Source: Nitrospirota bacterium (GTDB taxonomy: Bacteria > Nitrospirota > Nitrospiria > 2-01-FULL-66-17). From it: a stretch of DNA of 64,000 nt. The stretch covers positions 154,898-218,897 of the forward strand of contig JBMOMC010000045.1 in NCBI GenBank assembly GCA_049325335.1, read 5' to 3'. This document shows positions 33,398 through 42,740 of this stretch, piece after piece. The translations under genes and the position numbers were made by a program. The notes beneath the pieces are model-generated. The model saw only the letters and a list, made by a program, of their open reading frames with translations. It made no database searches and was not told the DNA's origin. Every line of letters starts with the position of its first letter. Position 1 is the first letter of the stretch.

Positions 33398-34032
33398 CCC
33401 TTCACCCCCTCCCCGGTTCGCCCACTTGGTTTTCGGGCCGTCACGATCGTCACGGGATTCAGCGCGTCATAGCGGGTGAGATTGAGAATCGGCTTCGACC
33501 GCGAAATCTGGGCCAGGGTGTAATCGACCGGCCAGTCCAGGCGTTGCCAATACCCCACCGTCTCGGCGAGGTTGTCGAGCGTCACGAGGTTGATGACCAC
33601 CCGGCCGCCGGGACGCAGGCGGCGGGTCACCACGTCCAGTAATTCAGCCATTGCGCCCCCGCTGCCGCCGATGAAGACGGCATCAGGATCGGGCCACGCC
33701 TCCAGTCCCGCCGGCGCTCTTCCGCAGACGCCGGTGAGATTCGTCACCCCGAAGCGCTCGCAATTGGTCTGTACGAGCGCGAAGTCGTCGGCATTCTTCT
33801 CGATCGCGAAGACCCGCCCCTGCGGGCAGAGCCGCGCCGCTTCGATCCCCACCGAGCCGGAGCCCGCCCCGATGTCCCATACCACGCTGTCGGGCGCGAG
33901 TTCGAGGCGAGCCAGGCTCAGCACGCGGATCTCGCGTTTGGTGATCAGGCCCTTTTCCGGCGCCCGGTAGATGAAGGCATCGTCGGGCAGGCCGAACTGA
34001 GTCATGGGGTACGTCTGTGCAAGCGTTGTCAT
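33394..34032 (-). CDS. cbiT: Precorrin-6Y C15-methyltransferase (decarboxylating)
   Basis: GLITKREIR, WDIGAGSGSVGIE, PDAVFIGG. Confidence 0.92.
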   Translation of the reverse strand: MTTLAQTYPMTQFGLPDDAFIYRAPEKGLITKREIRVLSLARLELAPDSVVWDIGAGSGSVGIEAARLCPQGRVFAIEKNADDFALVQTNCERFGVTNLTGVCGRAPAGLEAWPDPDAVFIGGSGGAMAELLDVVTRRLRPGGRVVINLVTLDNLAETVGYWQRLDWPVDYTLAQISRSKPILNLTRYDALNPVTIVTARKPSGRTGEGVKG

Positions 34033-34658
34033 GCGATCCTCCGTAAAATAATCACGTTGAGCGGAGCGAACGGCTCATCAGCCATTCGTTCGAGCGACCC
34101 CGTCCACACCCGCTCGTCCGCGCCGTCGAGATTCTCACAGACCGAAGCCGAGTACCCGCCGCCCATGCCGATGACATACCGCGCGATCGCGGCGGGCGTG
34201 TTGGTCTCGTCGGTGAAGATTCCGATCGGCGTGACGCCGCGCTCGATCGGGGACTTTAAATCCTCGATCGGCTTTGCGTGCAGGCTCACCAGTGCCGCCT
34301 CGTGCCAGGGCTGGCCCAGGCGGGCGAACGCCACCTGCATCGCGCTGACGTGGGGATGGACGATCACCCGCTCCGCGCCCAGCTTGCCGACGAGGTATCC
34401 GCCGAGGCCGTAAAACAGCGGATCGCCCGAAGCGAGGACGACGACCCTGCGGCCGTCCACCGACGCGCCGTCGATCCGCGCGGCGACCTCCTTGAGATTG
34501 GAGCCGACCTCGATCCGCTCGGTCCCCGCGTCCCGAAAAAACGCCAGGTGCCGACGCCCGCCGACGAGGACGTCGGCCGATTCAATGATCGCGATCCGCT
34601 TGGCGGGCAGGCCGTGGGCTCCGTCATTCCCGATACCGATGACGTGAATGGACGTCAT
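34029..34658 (-). CDS. cbiE: Precorrin-6Y C5-methyltransferase
   Basis: VIGIG, LVGGRRHL, VLASGDPLFYG, VSLH, CENL. Confidence 0.92.
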   Translation of the reverse strand: MTSIHVIGIGNDGAHGLPAKRIAIIESADVLVGGRRHLAFFRDAGTERIEVGSNLKEVAARIDGASVDGRRVVVLASGDPLFYGLGGYLVGKLGAERVIVHPHVSAMQVAFARLGQPWHEAALVSLHAKPIEDLKSPIERGVTPIGIFTDETNTPAAIARYVIGMGGGYSASVCENLDGADERVWTGSLERMADEPFAPLNVIILRRIA

Positions 34659-35746
34659 GGGCTCGCCGCCCGCCCGATCAACCGGCCCTCGAAGTCGGTC
34701 AGCAGGCACTCGATCCCGAGCGCGCCCTTCGCGTGGCGCGACGCGGCGGCGCAGACGTGCTCGGCAAGGCGGTCGAAGAAGCCCTCGATCCCGTGCTCGA
34801 CGGCAAGCTCGGCCACGTGCCGCGCGGTGTTGGCGGACCGGATCGCCTCCACCGCCGTCTCGCCCGCTCCGCATTCCGCGGCCAGTTCAGCGAGGAACGC
34901 GGTGTCCACGTCCGATCCCGCCGCGTGGGTCTGCATCGTCCCCTTGGCCATTTTCGAGAGCTTGCCGATCATGCCCGAGATCGTGACGCGCTCCACGTGC
35001 CGTTTGACCGCCGCCTGCAAGGCATATCCCACGAAATCCCCCATTTGGATGAACGCCGCCTCCGGGGCGTTCACCAGCTTCCGCGCGAAGCGCTCGCTCA
35101 TGCCGCCGGTGGTGAACACGAGATGACGATGACCGTTGGCCGCGGCCATCGTCACCGCCACGCTGATCCCGGCCCGGAACGCCGCCGTGGAATACGGGGT
35201 CACGACTCCGGTGGTGCCGAGGATCGCCACCCCGCCCACCACGCCCAGACGGAGTAATTCCGTTTTCTTCGCCAATTCCTCGCCGCCCGGCACTGACAGT
35301 ACCACCCGAATGCCGCGGGCCCGCAACATGTCACCCGCCGCGTCCGTGACGGCCTGCGTGATCATCCTGCGCGGGCCGCGCGTGATGTCCGGCGCCCCCA
35401 CCTCGAGGCCCAATCCGGGCTTGGTCACGACGCCCACACCCTCCCCGGCCTCCAACCGCACCGCGCCCGGCTCATCGAGCCACGACACCGTCGCGCGGAT
35501 CAGGGCTCGGTTGGTCACGTCGGGATCGTCGCCGGCGTCCTTGACGATCCCGCAGGTCACGCGATCCCTGTCCGCCGCGCACTCGGCCAGCGTAAACGTC
35601 ACCGTCTCACCGATCGGCAAGGTCAGCGCCACAGCGTCCGGGGCGGACCCACCGGACAGGACGGCGGTCGCGGCCTTGGCCGCCGCCGCGGCGCATGCGC
35701 CGGTGGTATAGCCTTTGCGCATCCCCTTGCGGTCCGGTTCGGGCAC
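34655..35746 (-). CDS. cbiD: Cobalt-precorrin-5B C1-methyltransferase
   Basis: GYTTGACAAAAAKAA, KDAGDDPDVT, ILGTTGVV, GDFVG, GKLSK. Confidence 0.95.
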   Translation of the reverse strand: MPEPDRKGMRKGYTTGACAAAAAKAATAVLSGGSAPDAVALTLPIGETVTFTLAECAADRDRVTCGIVKDAGDDPDVTNRALIRATVSWLDEPGAVRLEAGEGVGVVTKPGLGLEVGAPDITRGPRRMITQAVTDAAGDMLRARGIRVVLSVPGGEELAKKTELLRLGVVGGVAILGTTGVVTPYSTAAFRAGISVAVTMAAANGHRHLVFTTGGMSERFARKLVNAPEAAFIQMGDFVGYALQAAVKRHVERVTISGMIGKLSKMAKGTMQTHAAGSDVDTAFLAELAAECGAGETAVEAIRSANTARHVAELAVEHGIEGFFDRLAEHVCAAASRHAKGALGIECLLTDFEGRLIGRAASP

Positions 35747-35752
35747 GACGGG

Positions 35753-36172
35753 TCATCGGCGGCAAACCAGACCGAGCAGAACGCCCAGTCCGGCGGCCAT
35801 CGCGGCTCCGCGCAGCAACTCGGACCCGACGAGGTGATAGCGATCCGGCTGCGCCACGCCAAGGAGGGCTCCCCCAATAACGAACGCCCCCCAGACAGCG
35901 CACGTCACGCCTAGCGACCACGCCATGCGGTGGCCCCGATCGGCGGGCTCCACGAGCGCCAGGATCAGCACCACGGTGAGCCCCATGAGCGCCCCGCCGA
36001 CGGTGAACGCCACCACGTTGGCCGCCAGGCCTCCTTCCAGTACGGGCCATCCGCTCGCCAAGACGATGCCCAGATTCGCAAATCCCCACAACGCGCCGAT
36101 GCCCACGGCGGCGCCGAGCGCCGGAACCGAGAGCGACGGCCGGACCTGCTCCGCCACGCCGCGCGCGTCCAT
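35753..36172 (-). CDS. 4-TM membrane protein, candidate cobalt transporter partner (CbtA position)
   Basis: Four hydrophobic segments; TGATG-coupled to the CbtB-like gene. Confidence 0.6.
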   Translation of the reverse strand: MDARGVAEQVRPSLSVPALGAAVGIGALWGFANLGIVLASGWPVLEGGLAANVVAFTVGGALMGLTVVLILALVEPADRGHRMAWSLGVTCAVWGAFVIGGALLGVAQPDRYHLVGSELLRGAAMAAGLGVLLGLVCRR

Positions 36173-36354
36173 CAGTGACACGCCATGCCGAGGCTGTGCC
36201 GGTAGCTGTGCAGCCCGTCGTGCGCCCACGCCCCCGCAAACGACGGCCCGAACATGACCACCGCCTGCATCAACAACACGACCCCCAGCGCCGCGATCAC
36301 GCTCATCGGCGCGCGCTTGGTCCCCGAAACCACCTGTGCCATCACCTGTTCCAT
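36172..36354 (-). CDS. CbtB-like cobalt transporter subunit
   Basis: One TM helix plus C-terminal HDGLHSYRHSLGMACH (H-x3-H-x2-RH-x2-G-x2-CH). Confidence 0.75.
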   Translation of the reverse strand: MEQVMAQVVSGTKRAPMSVIAALGVVLLMQAVVMFGPSFAGAWAHDGLHSYRHSLGMACH

Positions 36355-36367
36355 TTCTTCTCTCCTC

Positions 36368-37009
36368 CTATAAGCTATGAGCTTGCCCGGCGATCTTCAG
36401 CAGGGCATTCACCGCCGCCACCGCCGCCGGCGTCCCGCCCTTGCGCCCCAACGCGGTGATGAACGGCCAATCGAGGCCCGCGAGCGCTTCTTTCGATTCG
36501 GCCGCCGAGACGAAACCCACCGGCACGCCGACCACGAGATCCGGCCGGGCCTCGCCGGACTGGATGAGCCGGATCAATTCGAAGAGCGCGGTGGGGGCGT
36601 TGCCGATCGCGTAGATCCCGCCTTGGACTTCCCGCGCCGCCTTGCGCATCGACATGATCGCCCGCGTCATGCCCGCCGCCTTGGCCTCGGCCATCACGTC
36701 CGGGTCGGAAATGAAGCATCGCACGCCCCCGCCGAACCGCGCCAGACCGGCCTTGCTGATTCCCGCCTGCACCATCTCCACGTCGGCCACCACGTCCGCG
36801 CCGCGCCGCAGCGCCTCGATCCCCGCCGCGACCGCCCGAGGGTGAAAGCGCAGCTGCCGCGCGAACTCGAAATCGGCCGAGGCGTGAATGACCCGCCGCG
36901 CGACCTGAAATTCCCCGGGGCCGAACTCGTGCGGCCCCAGTTCGTCCTCAATGATCCGAAAGCTCTCCGCCTCGATTCGATCCGGATCAACAATGGTGGG
37001 ATACCTCAT
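36368..37009 (-). CDS. cbiC: Precorrin-8X methylmutase
   Basis: IEAESFRII, RVIHASAD, IGNAPTAL, PVGFVSAAESK, GRKGG. Confidence 0.95.
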   Translation of the reverse strand: MRYPTIVDPDRIEAESFRIIEDELGPHEFGPGEFQVARRVIHASADFEFARQLRFHPRAVAAGIEALRRGADVVADVEMVQAGISKAGLARFGGGVRCFISDPDVMAEAKAAGMTRAIMSMRKAAREVQGGIYAIGNAPTALFELIRLIQSGEARPDLVVGVPVGFVSAAESKEALAGLDWPFITALGRKGGTPAAVAAVNALLKIAGQAHSL

Positions 37010-37010
37010 C

Positions 37011-37382
37011 TCACTCCTCCGCCTGGAGGCCGCACACCAACTCGGCAACCCTGTGAAACACATACTCCTCTACGGGCCGCCCCCCGATCAGATGCTCGTC
37101 CACGATGCGGTTGAGCGCCTCCGGCGTGACGCGGCAATACCAGACCCCGTCGGGATAGACGACCAGAATCGGGCCCTCCTTGCAGATCGCGAAGCACTGG
37201 CACTTGGTCCGCTTGACCCGCCCGGCTCCCTCGTCGAGACCGGCGGCGGCTAGCCGGTCCCGCAGCGCGTCGAACAACTGCTCGGACCGGCCGGTCTCCG
37301 CGCACCGGCCCTTCACGCACAGCAGGACGTGGCGCGCGAAGGGTTTGAGCGCGGGCTTGGGAAACGTGGAGTTAATGTCCAT
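37011..37382 (-). CDS. Thioredoxin-like [2Fe-2S] ferredoxin (CbiW-like)
   Basis: HVLLCVKGRC...CFAICKEGPILVVYPDGVWY...IVDEHL. Confidence 0.85.
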   Translation of the reverse strand: MDINSTFPKPALKPFARHVLLCVKGRCAETGRSEQLFDALRDRLAAAGLDEGAGRVKRTKCQCFAICKEGPILVVYPDGVWYCRVTPEALNRIVDEHLIGGRPVEEYVFHRVAELVCGLQAEE

Positions 37383-38220
37383 GCCCGTGCGCCTCCTCCG
37401 CACCGAAGACCAGATCGGGATCCCGGTACTTGCACGTATCGCAGGACATGAGAATCGGTCCCTCGAGCGTCTCCCGCACGCGCTGCTCCACCACGTCCAG
37501 AAACGCGGGATGCCGGCCCAGATAGTCCCCCGCCACGATCTCCACCTCCGGCGCGGACACGGCCGCCTCGGCCACGAGCCGGTTGATGCGCTTGATCAGG
37601 ACCCCGGTGAAGATGAAGTAGGGAATCGCGATCACGCGGCGCGCGCCGAGGCGCAGGCATCGGTCAAGCCCGGTGGGCAGATCGGGCTCGGTGACGCCGA
37701 TGAAGCAGGTCTCCACCCAGCCATAGCGCGTGTGCTCCCAGTAGAGACGCGCGATCTTCAGCAGATCGCCGTTGGCGTCGGGGTCCGAACTGCCCCGGCC
37801 CACGAGCAGGATCGCGGTCTCGCGCCGGTCACGGGGCGGCAGGCCCTGCTCGACCGCCCGCACGCGTTCATCCACCACGTCCAGCAGCACGGGGTGGATG
37901 CCGAGCGGTGGTCCATAGTGAAATCGCACGGCGGGATGGCGCTCGCGCGCCCGAATCATCTCGCGCGGCACGTCGGTCTTGGCGTGGCCCGCGGCGAAAA
38001 AGAGCAGGGGCAGCACGATTACGTCCTCGTGGCCGTCGCGGACGCAACGGTCCAGTTCGTCGGCGATTGACGGCTCCGCCAGCTCCACGAACGCCGAATA
38101 CACGGCGCGCTCAGGCCGGCGGCGCTTCAGGCGCTCGGCCATCGCCAGAAATTCCTCGTTGCCCTCGGCGTCACGGCTCCCGTGCCCCACAAGGAACAGA
38201 GCCGGATTGATGTTCATCAT
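37372..38220 (-). CDS. cbiX: Sirohydrochlorin cobaltochelatase (long CbiX)
   Basis: VGHGSRD, AAGHAK, VGRGSSDPDAN, C-terminal MSCDTC and short His tail. Confidence 0.92.
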   Translation of the reverse strand: MMNINPALFLVGHGSRDAEGNEEFLAMAERLKRRRPERAVYSAFVELAEPSIADELDRCVRDGHEDVIVLPLLFFAAGHAKTDVPREMIRARERHPAVRFHYGPPLGIHPVLLDVVDERVRAVEQGLPPRDRRETAILLVGRGSSDPDANGDLLKIARLYWEHTRYGWVETCFIGVTEPDLPTGLDRCLRLGARRVIAIPYFIFTGVLIKRINRLVAEAAVSAPEVEIVAGDYLGRHPAFLDVVEQRVRETLEGPILMSCDTCKYRDPDLVFGAEEAHGHGH

Positions 38221-38936
38221 ATAGTTTCTCCCGGTCGATGGTTGTCGCTGACATCCGCCGCCGTGTCGGGCGGGCGCCGCCCCCAGCGGTCGTAATACAG
38301 CACCGATTCCAGCGGCAGGCGGCTCTCCCAACCCGATGTCTCCAGCGTGGGCGCGTCGGGAAACCGGGTCACGTATCCCATACAGAGATACGCGACCAGG
38401 ACGACGCCGTCGGGAATCTCCAAGTCCTTCGACACGGTTTCAGGGTCGAGAATGCTCACCCAGCCCACGCCGATGCCCTCGGCGCGGGCGGCGAGCCAGA
38501 GGTTCTGAACGGCGCACACGGTGGAGTACAGATCCGTATCCGGGATGCTGTGGCGGCCCAGCACGTGCGGGCCCCGGCGCGAGCGGTCGCAGGTCACGGC
38601 CAGATTGACCGGCGCCTCCTCGATCGCTTCCAGCGTCAGGCGCTGATAAAGCAGGCGCCGCTCGCCCTCGTACACCGCCGCCGCGGCGTCGTTGGCCGAC
38701 AGGAAGCGGGTCTTGACCCGGCGCTTGACCTCAGGGTCGCGGATCACCACGAAATTCCACGGCTGCATCAACCCCACCGAGCCGGCCTGGTGCGCGGCGC
38801 GCAGCACCCGGCGCATCAGCTTGTCCGGAATCGGCCGCGGGAGGAACTTGCGCATGTCGCGGCGCCGGTAGATCGCCTCGTAGACGCCCCGCCGCCAGAG
38901 CGGGGGGAAGGTATTCGATTTCAATTCCGCCATCAC
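38217..38936 (-). CDS. bluB: 5,6-dimethylbenzimidazole synthase
   Basis: RRRDMR, SVGLMQPWNF, LEAI, DLYSTVCAVQNLWLAARAEGIGVGWVS. Confidence 0.9.
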   Translation of the reverse strand: MMAELKSNTFPPLWRRGVYEAIYRRRDMRKFLPRPIPDKLMRRVLRAAHQAGSVGLMQPWNFVVIRDPEVKRRVKTRFLSANDAAAAVYEGERRLLYQRLTLEAIEEAPVNLAVTCDRSRRGPHVLGRHSIPDTDLYSTVCAVQNLWLAARAEGIGVGWVSILDPETVSKDLEIPDGVVLVAYLCMGYVTRFPDAPTLETSGWESRLPLESVLYYDRWGRRPPDTAADVSDNHRPGETI

Positions 38937-38944
38937 ATCTCCCC

Positions 38945-38973
38945 GTAAGGGCGGGTTTAAGGCCCGCCCCTAC
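38945..38973. repeat. GTAG-type REP-like palindrome between cobO and bluB
   Basis: GTAAGGGCGGG-TTTAAGG-CCCGCCCCTAC. Confidence 0.65.
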
Positions 38974-38975
38974 AA

Positions 38976-39548
38976 CTACCGGTCAATCCCGACTTGCGCG
39001 GGAATCCCTTGTGAGAATGGGTGCCTGACGCAGCGCATCTCAGTCACGAGGTCGGCCCGATCGAGGATCTCGGGGGGGGCTCCCCGTCCGGTCAACACGA
39101 GGTGCAGCGACACCGGCCGCGCGTCCAGCAGCGCGACGACGTCTTCGACCGGCAGCAGCTTCTTCTTGAGCGCCACGTTGAGCTCGTCCAGGATCACGAC
39201 CTGATAGCTTCCGCCGGTCACGGCCTCCCGAGCCCGGGAAAACCCCTCGCGTGCCGCCGCGACGTGATCCTCAAACGTGGGCACCACGTCGCGGCGCCAG
39301 GTGAATCCCTTGCCCACCCGTTCCACCGTAATCAACGGGAGGGCCTTGGTAATCATCTCAACTTCCCCTGTTTCCATCTCGCCCTTGATGAACTGGATGA
39401 CATGGACGCGGAACCCGCGTCCCGCCGCACGCAGAGCCAGACCGAACGCCGCCGTGGTTTTCCCCTTGCCGTCGCCGGTGTAGACGAGGACGAGGCCCGT
39501 TGGTGAAGACGACGGGGAGACAGGGCGAGGGGGAGAATGCTGGTTCAT
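38976..39548 (-). CDS. cobO: Cob(I)alamin adenosyltransferase (CobO/BtuR)
   Basis: YTGDGKGKTTAAFG, QFIKG, ILDE, VLTGR, ADLVTEM. Confidence 0.95.
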   Translation of the reverse strand: MNQHSPPRPVSPSSSPTGLVLVYTGDGKGKTTAAFGLALRAAGRGFRVHVIQFIKGEMETGEVEMITKALPLITVERVGKGFTWRRDVVPTFEDHVAAAREGFSRAREAVTGGSYQVVILDELNVALKKKLLPVEDVVALLDARPVSLHLVLTGRGAPPEILDRADLVTEMRCVRHPFSQGIPAQVGIDR

Positions 39549-40495
39549 CTCGTCAGCCACAGCCTGACCAGCCCTCCGACCACTAGCACCAGCGCGCTTG
39601 TCACGGCCATCACGCGGCAGGCCCACGCGATGTCGCCGCGCTCGACGGGACGCGTCGCGGTCCCGATCGTCGGCGACGCGTAGTACGTTCCCCGGTACCA
39701 GTGCGGCCCACCCAGCTCGATACCCAGCACCCCCGCCATCGCCGCCTCGGTGAGTCCCGAATTGGGGCTGTCGTGCTTGCGCCCGTCCCGCCACGCCGCG
39801 GCCCAGCCGCCGCGGGCCGACCCGCCGATGAGACCGCCGGCGAGGGGCATGAGCAGCGCCGTCAGCCGCGCCGGAATCAGGTTAGCCAGATCGTCCAGCC
39901 GCGCCGACGCCCACCCAATCCGCGTATACGGCTCGATCCGGTAGCCCACCATCGAGTCCAGCGTGTTGATCGCGCGGTACGCCATCGCAAGCGGGCCGCC
40001 GCCGAGCAGCGCGAAGCAGAGCGGCGCGGTCACGCCGTCCACCGTGTTCTCGGCCACGCTCTCAATCGTCGCCCGCGTCACGCCCTTCTCGTCCAAGGGC
40101 TCCACGTCGCGCCCCACCATCATCGCCACCCCCCGCTTCGCCTCCTCCAGGTCGCCACGTCCCAACGCGCCAGACACCCGCGCGGCGTGTTGCCACAAAT
40201 CCCGCGGCGCGAGCGACCAGTAAATGGCCAGAACGTCCGCCGCTCGAGCCGCCCACTCATGAACCAGCCCCGCCAGGTGGATCGCGCCCCACGTCGCCGC
40301 GAACGTCCCGCCGACTACCCCGAGCGCCAACGCCACACCGGCGGTTCGTTCGCGCAACGGATATCGCACGCGCAGGGCGACTTCCGACCGCGCGATAAGC
40401 CGGCCCAGGCCGCGGACGGGATGCGGCAATCCGCGGGGATCGCCGATCGCCGCGTCGAGAATCAGCGCGCCCAGGACAAGTAGGACGATCTCCAT
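39545..40495 (-). CDS. cbiB: Adenosylcobinamide-phosphate synthase
   Basis: GDP..LPHPV, VGRD, ESVAEN, NTLDSMVGY, HDSPNSG; alternative TTG start at 40513. Confidence 0.94.
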   Translation of the reverse strand: MEIVLLVLGALILDAAIGDPRGLPHPVRGLGRLIARSEVALRVRYPLRERTAGVALALGVVGGTFAATWGAIHLAGLVHEWAARAADVLAIYWSLAPRDLWQHAARVSGALGRGDLEEAKRGVAMMVGRDVEPLDEKGVTRATIESVAENTVDGVTAPLCFALLGGGPLAMAYRAINTLDSMVGYRIEPYTRIGWASARLDDLANLIPARLTALLMPLAGGLIGGSARGGWAAAWRDGRKHDSPNSGLTEAAMAGVLGIELGGPHWYRGTYYASPTIGTATRPVERGDIAWACRVMAVTSALVLVVGGLVRLWLTR

Positions 40496-40509
40496 GTTCT
40501 CCGGAATCG

Positions 40510-41991
40510 TCAACGCCCCATGACCCGGCATACCGCGTCCAGATCCACCGCCGCCCGCACCGCCGCCGCCAGCCGGTCCAGCTCCAAGTCCACGTCGTAA
40601 CGCGCCTGGACGGCGCCCAGCGGCGCCAAGCCCTTCGTTTCCCGCCACGAATCGATCAGCGCCCGCCGGAACTCGTCGCCGTCGAAGACACCGTGAAGGT
40701 ATGTTCCCCAGCACGCACCGACCGCGACGCCGTCGGTGCGTCCGTCATCCAGATCGAACAGGACGGGTTCGACATGTCGAACCCCTACGGGATCAGAAAG
40801 GCGGCTCCGGCCGTGGTGGATCTCGTAGCCCGTCACGGCGCAACCGGTGGGCCGGTGGCGGCCCGACACGCGCCGGAGCACCTTCTCATCCTCCAGGACG
40901 GTCTCGACCGGCAGCAGGCCCAGGCCCTCGGTCCGTCCCGCGCCGCTTTCGAGCGCCCCGGGGTCCTCGATCGTCCGGCCCATCATCTGCAGCCCGCCGC
41001 AGAGGCCGATCACGGCGCCTCCCGAGGCGGAGTGGGCGCGAAGTTCCTCGGCCAGGCCGCTCGCGCGCAACGCCGCCAGATCGGCTGCCGCGTTCTTGGA
41101 GCCGGGAAGGATCACCACGTCCGGGCGGCCCAACCGTTCCCCGGGCCGGACGAAGCGCACGCGGACGTCCGGCTCGATCCGCAGCGGATCGACGTCGTTG
41201 AAGTTGCTGATGCGCGGGAGTTCGATCACGGCCATCGACACCGACGACGGGGAATCGGCGTCGGCCGCGCGACCGCGGAGCGCCAGCGAGTCCTCATCCG
41301 GCAGGCGCAGGTGATCCAAATAGGGAATGACCCCCAGCACCGGGCGGCCGGTGCGACGCGCCACCGCGTCGAGGCCGGGATCGAGCAGCGACCGTCGCCC
41401 GCGGAACTTATTGATCAGCAGCCCCTTCACCCGCGCCGCGTGGTGCTCCGGCAAAAGGGCTAGCGTGCCGACCAGCGCCGCAAAGACGCCCCCCGAATCG
41501 ATGTCGCCCACCAGGAGCACGGGTGCGTCGGCCATGTCGGCCACGCGCATGTTCACGATCTCGCGGTCCATCAGATTGATCTCAGCCGGACTGCCGGCCC
41601 CCTCGATCACGATCACGTCGTACTCGGCTGCGAGCGAGGCGTAGGCGTCCTTCACGATCGGGAACAGCTCAGCCTTGGCATCCAGGTATGCGTCGGCGGA
41701 CAGCGTGCCGCGGACCTTGCCCATCACGACCACCTGGCAGCCGTCCTCCGACGAGGGCTTGAGCAAAATGGGATTCATCCGCGCGTCGGGCTCGATCCGG
41801 CAAGCCTGAGCCTGGAGCGCTTGGGCGCGGCTCATCTCCAGGCCGTCGCGGGTGACGGCCGCGTTCAACGCCATGTTCTGCGACTTGAACGGCGCGACGC
41901 GATAGCCGTCCTGAAGAAAAAGTCGGCAGAGCGCGGCCGTCACCAGGCTTTTACCGACATTAGAACCTGTCCCTTGAATCATCAGGTTCAC
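40510..41991 (-). CDS. cobQ: Cobyric acid synthase
   Basis: MIQGTGSNVGKS, PFKSQNMALN, EGAGSPAEINL, GYEIHHG, GTYLHG. Confidence 0.96.
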   Translation of the reverse strand: MNLMIQGTGSNVGKSLVTAALCRLFLQDGYRVAPFKSQNMALNAAVTRDGLEMSRAQALQAQACRIEPDARMNPILLKPSSEDGCQVVVMGKVRGTLSADAYLDAKAELFPIVKDAYASLAAEYDVIVIEGAGSPAEINLMDREIVNMRVADMADAPVLLVGDIDSGGVFAALVGTLALLPEHHAARVKGLLINKFRGRRSLLDPGLDAVARRTGRPVLGVIPYLDHLRLPDEDSLALRGRAADADSPSSVSMAVIELPRISNFNDVDPLRIEPDVRVRFVRPGERLGRPDVVILPGSKNAAADLAALRASGLAEELRAHSASGGAVIGLCGGLQMMGRTIEDPGALESGAGRTEGLGLLPVETVLEDEKVLRRVSGRHRPTGCAVTGYEIHHGRSRLSDPVGVRHVEPVLFDLDDGRTDGVAVGACWGTYLHGVFDGDEFRRALIDSWRETKGLAPLGAVQARYDVDLELDRLAAAVRAAVDLDAVCRVMGR

Positions 41992-42740
41992 ACGGCACCT
42001 CGCAGGTGAAAGACGGCGGCCCATGTCAACGCGGCGAGCACTTCCGCCCCCTCCCCCGCGGCGCCGATCGTGTCGCCGGTCACGCCGCCCAGCCACGCCG
42101 TGACCCGGCGGACATACAGGGTGACGGCGACCCACGCCAGCCCGGCCGCAACCAGACCCGCGGAGCCCATCGCGGCGGCGGCGATGACGAGCGTCGTTCC
42201 GGTTGCCACCCACCAGGCCGCGCGGGTCGCGCCCTCGACGAATGCTTTGGCAGTCCCCTGCTCACGCGCATAGGTCCGTCCGACCGTCGCATGAACGTGC
42301 GCCCAGCGCCCCAGCACCGGCATCGCGAGCAGCGCAGGCGCGAGCACGCGGGGCGGCAGCGCCGCCAGCGCCGCGATCTTGAGCCCCAGCACCGAGAAGA
42401 GGGCCAGGCTCCCGTACGCGCCGATCGTCGCGCCCTTCATGATCCGCAGCGCGTCCTCGCGCGAGCGCGCGCCGCACGCGTCGGCGGTATCCGCGACGCC
42501 GTCCAGGTGCAGACCGCCCGAGAGCCACGCCAGGAGCAAGACGGCAAGTATTACGACGAGGGCGTGCGGGAACAACAGGCCCGCCGCGAGCGAGAACGCC
42601 GCCAGCACCGCACCGAGCGCGAACCCCACGAGGGGAAACGCAGCGAGCGATCGCCCGAACACCCCCTCGTCCGCGGCGAGGGCCCGACGGCCCAGCGGGA
42701 CGACGGTCAGAAACGTCCACGCCGCCAGAAACGCTCTCAT
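41988..42740 (-). CDS. cobS: Cobalamin synthase
   Basis: GGLHLDGVADTAD, LRIMK, GGVTGDTIGA. Confidence 0.93.
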   Translation of the reverse strand: MRAFLAAWTFLTVVPLGRRALAADEGVFGRSLAAFPLVGFALGAVLAAFSLAAGLLFPHALVVILAVLLLAWLSGGLHLDGVADTADACGARSREDALRIMKGATIGAYGSLALFSVLGLKIAALAALPPRVLAPALLAMPVLGRWAHVHATVGRTYAREQGTAKAFVEGATRAAWWVATGTTLVIAAAAMGSAGLVAAGLAWVAVTLYVRRVTAWLGGVTGDTIGAAGEGAEVLAALTWAAVFHLRGAV

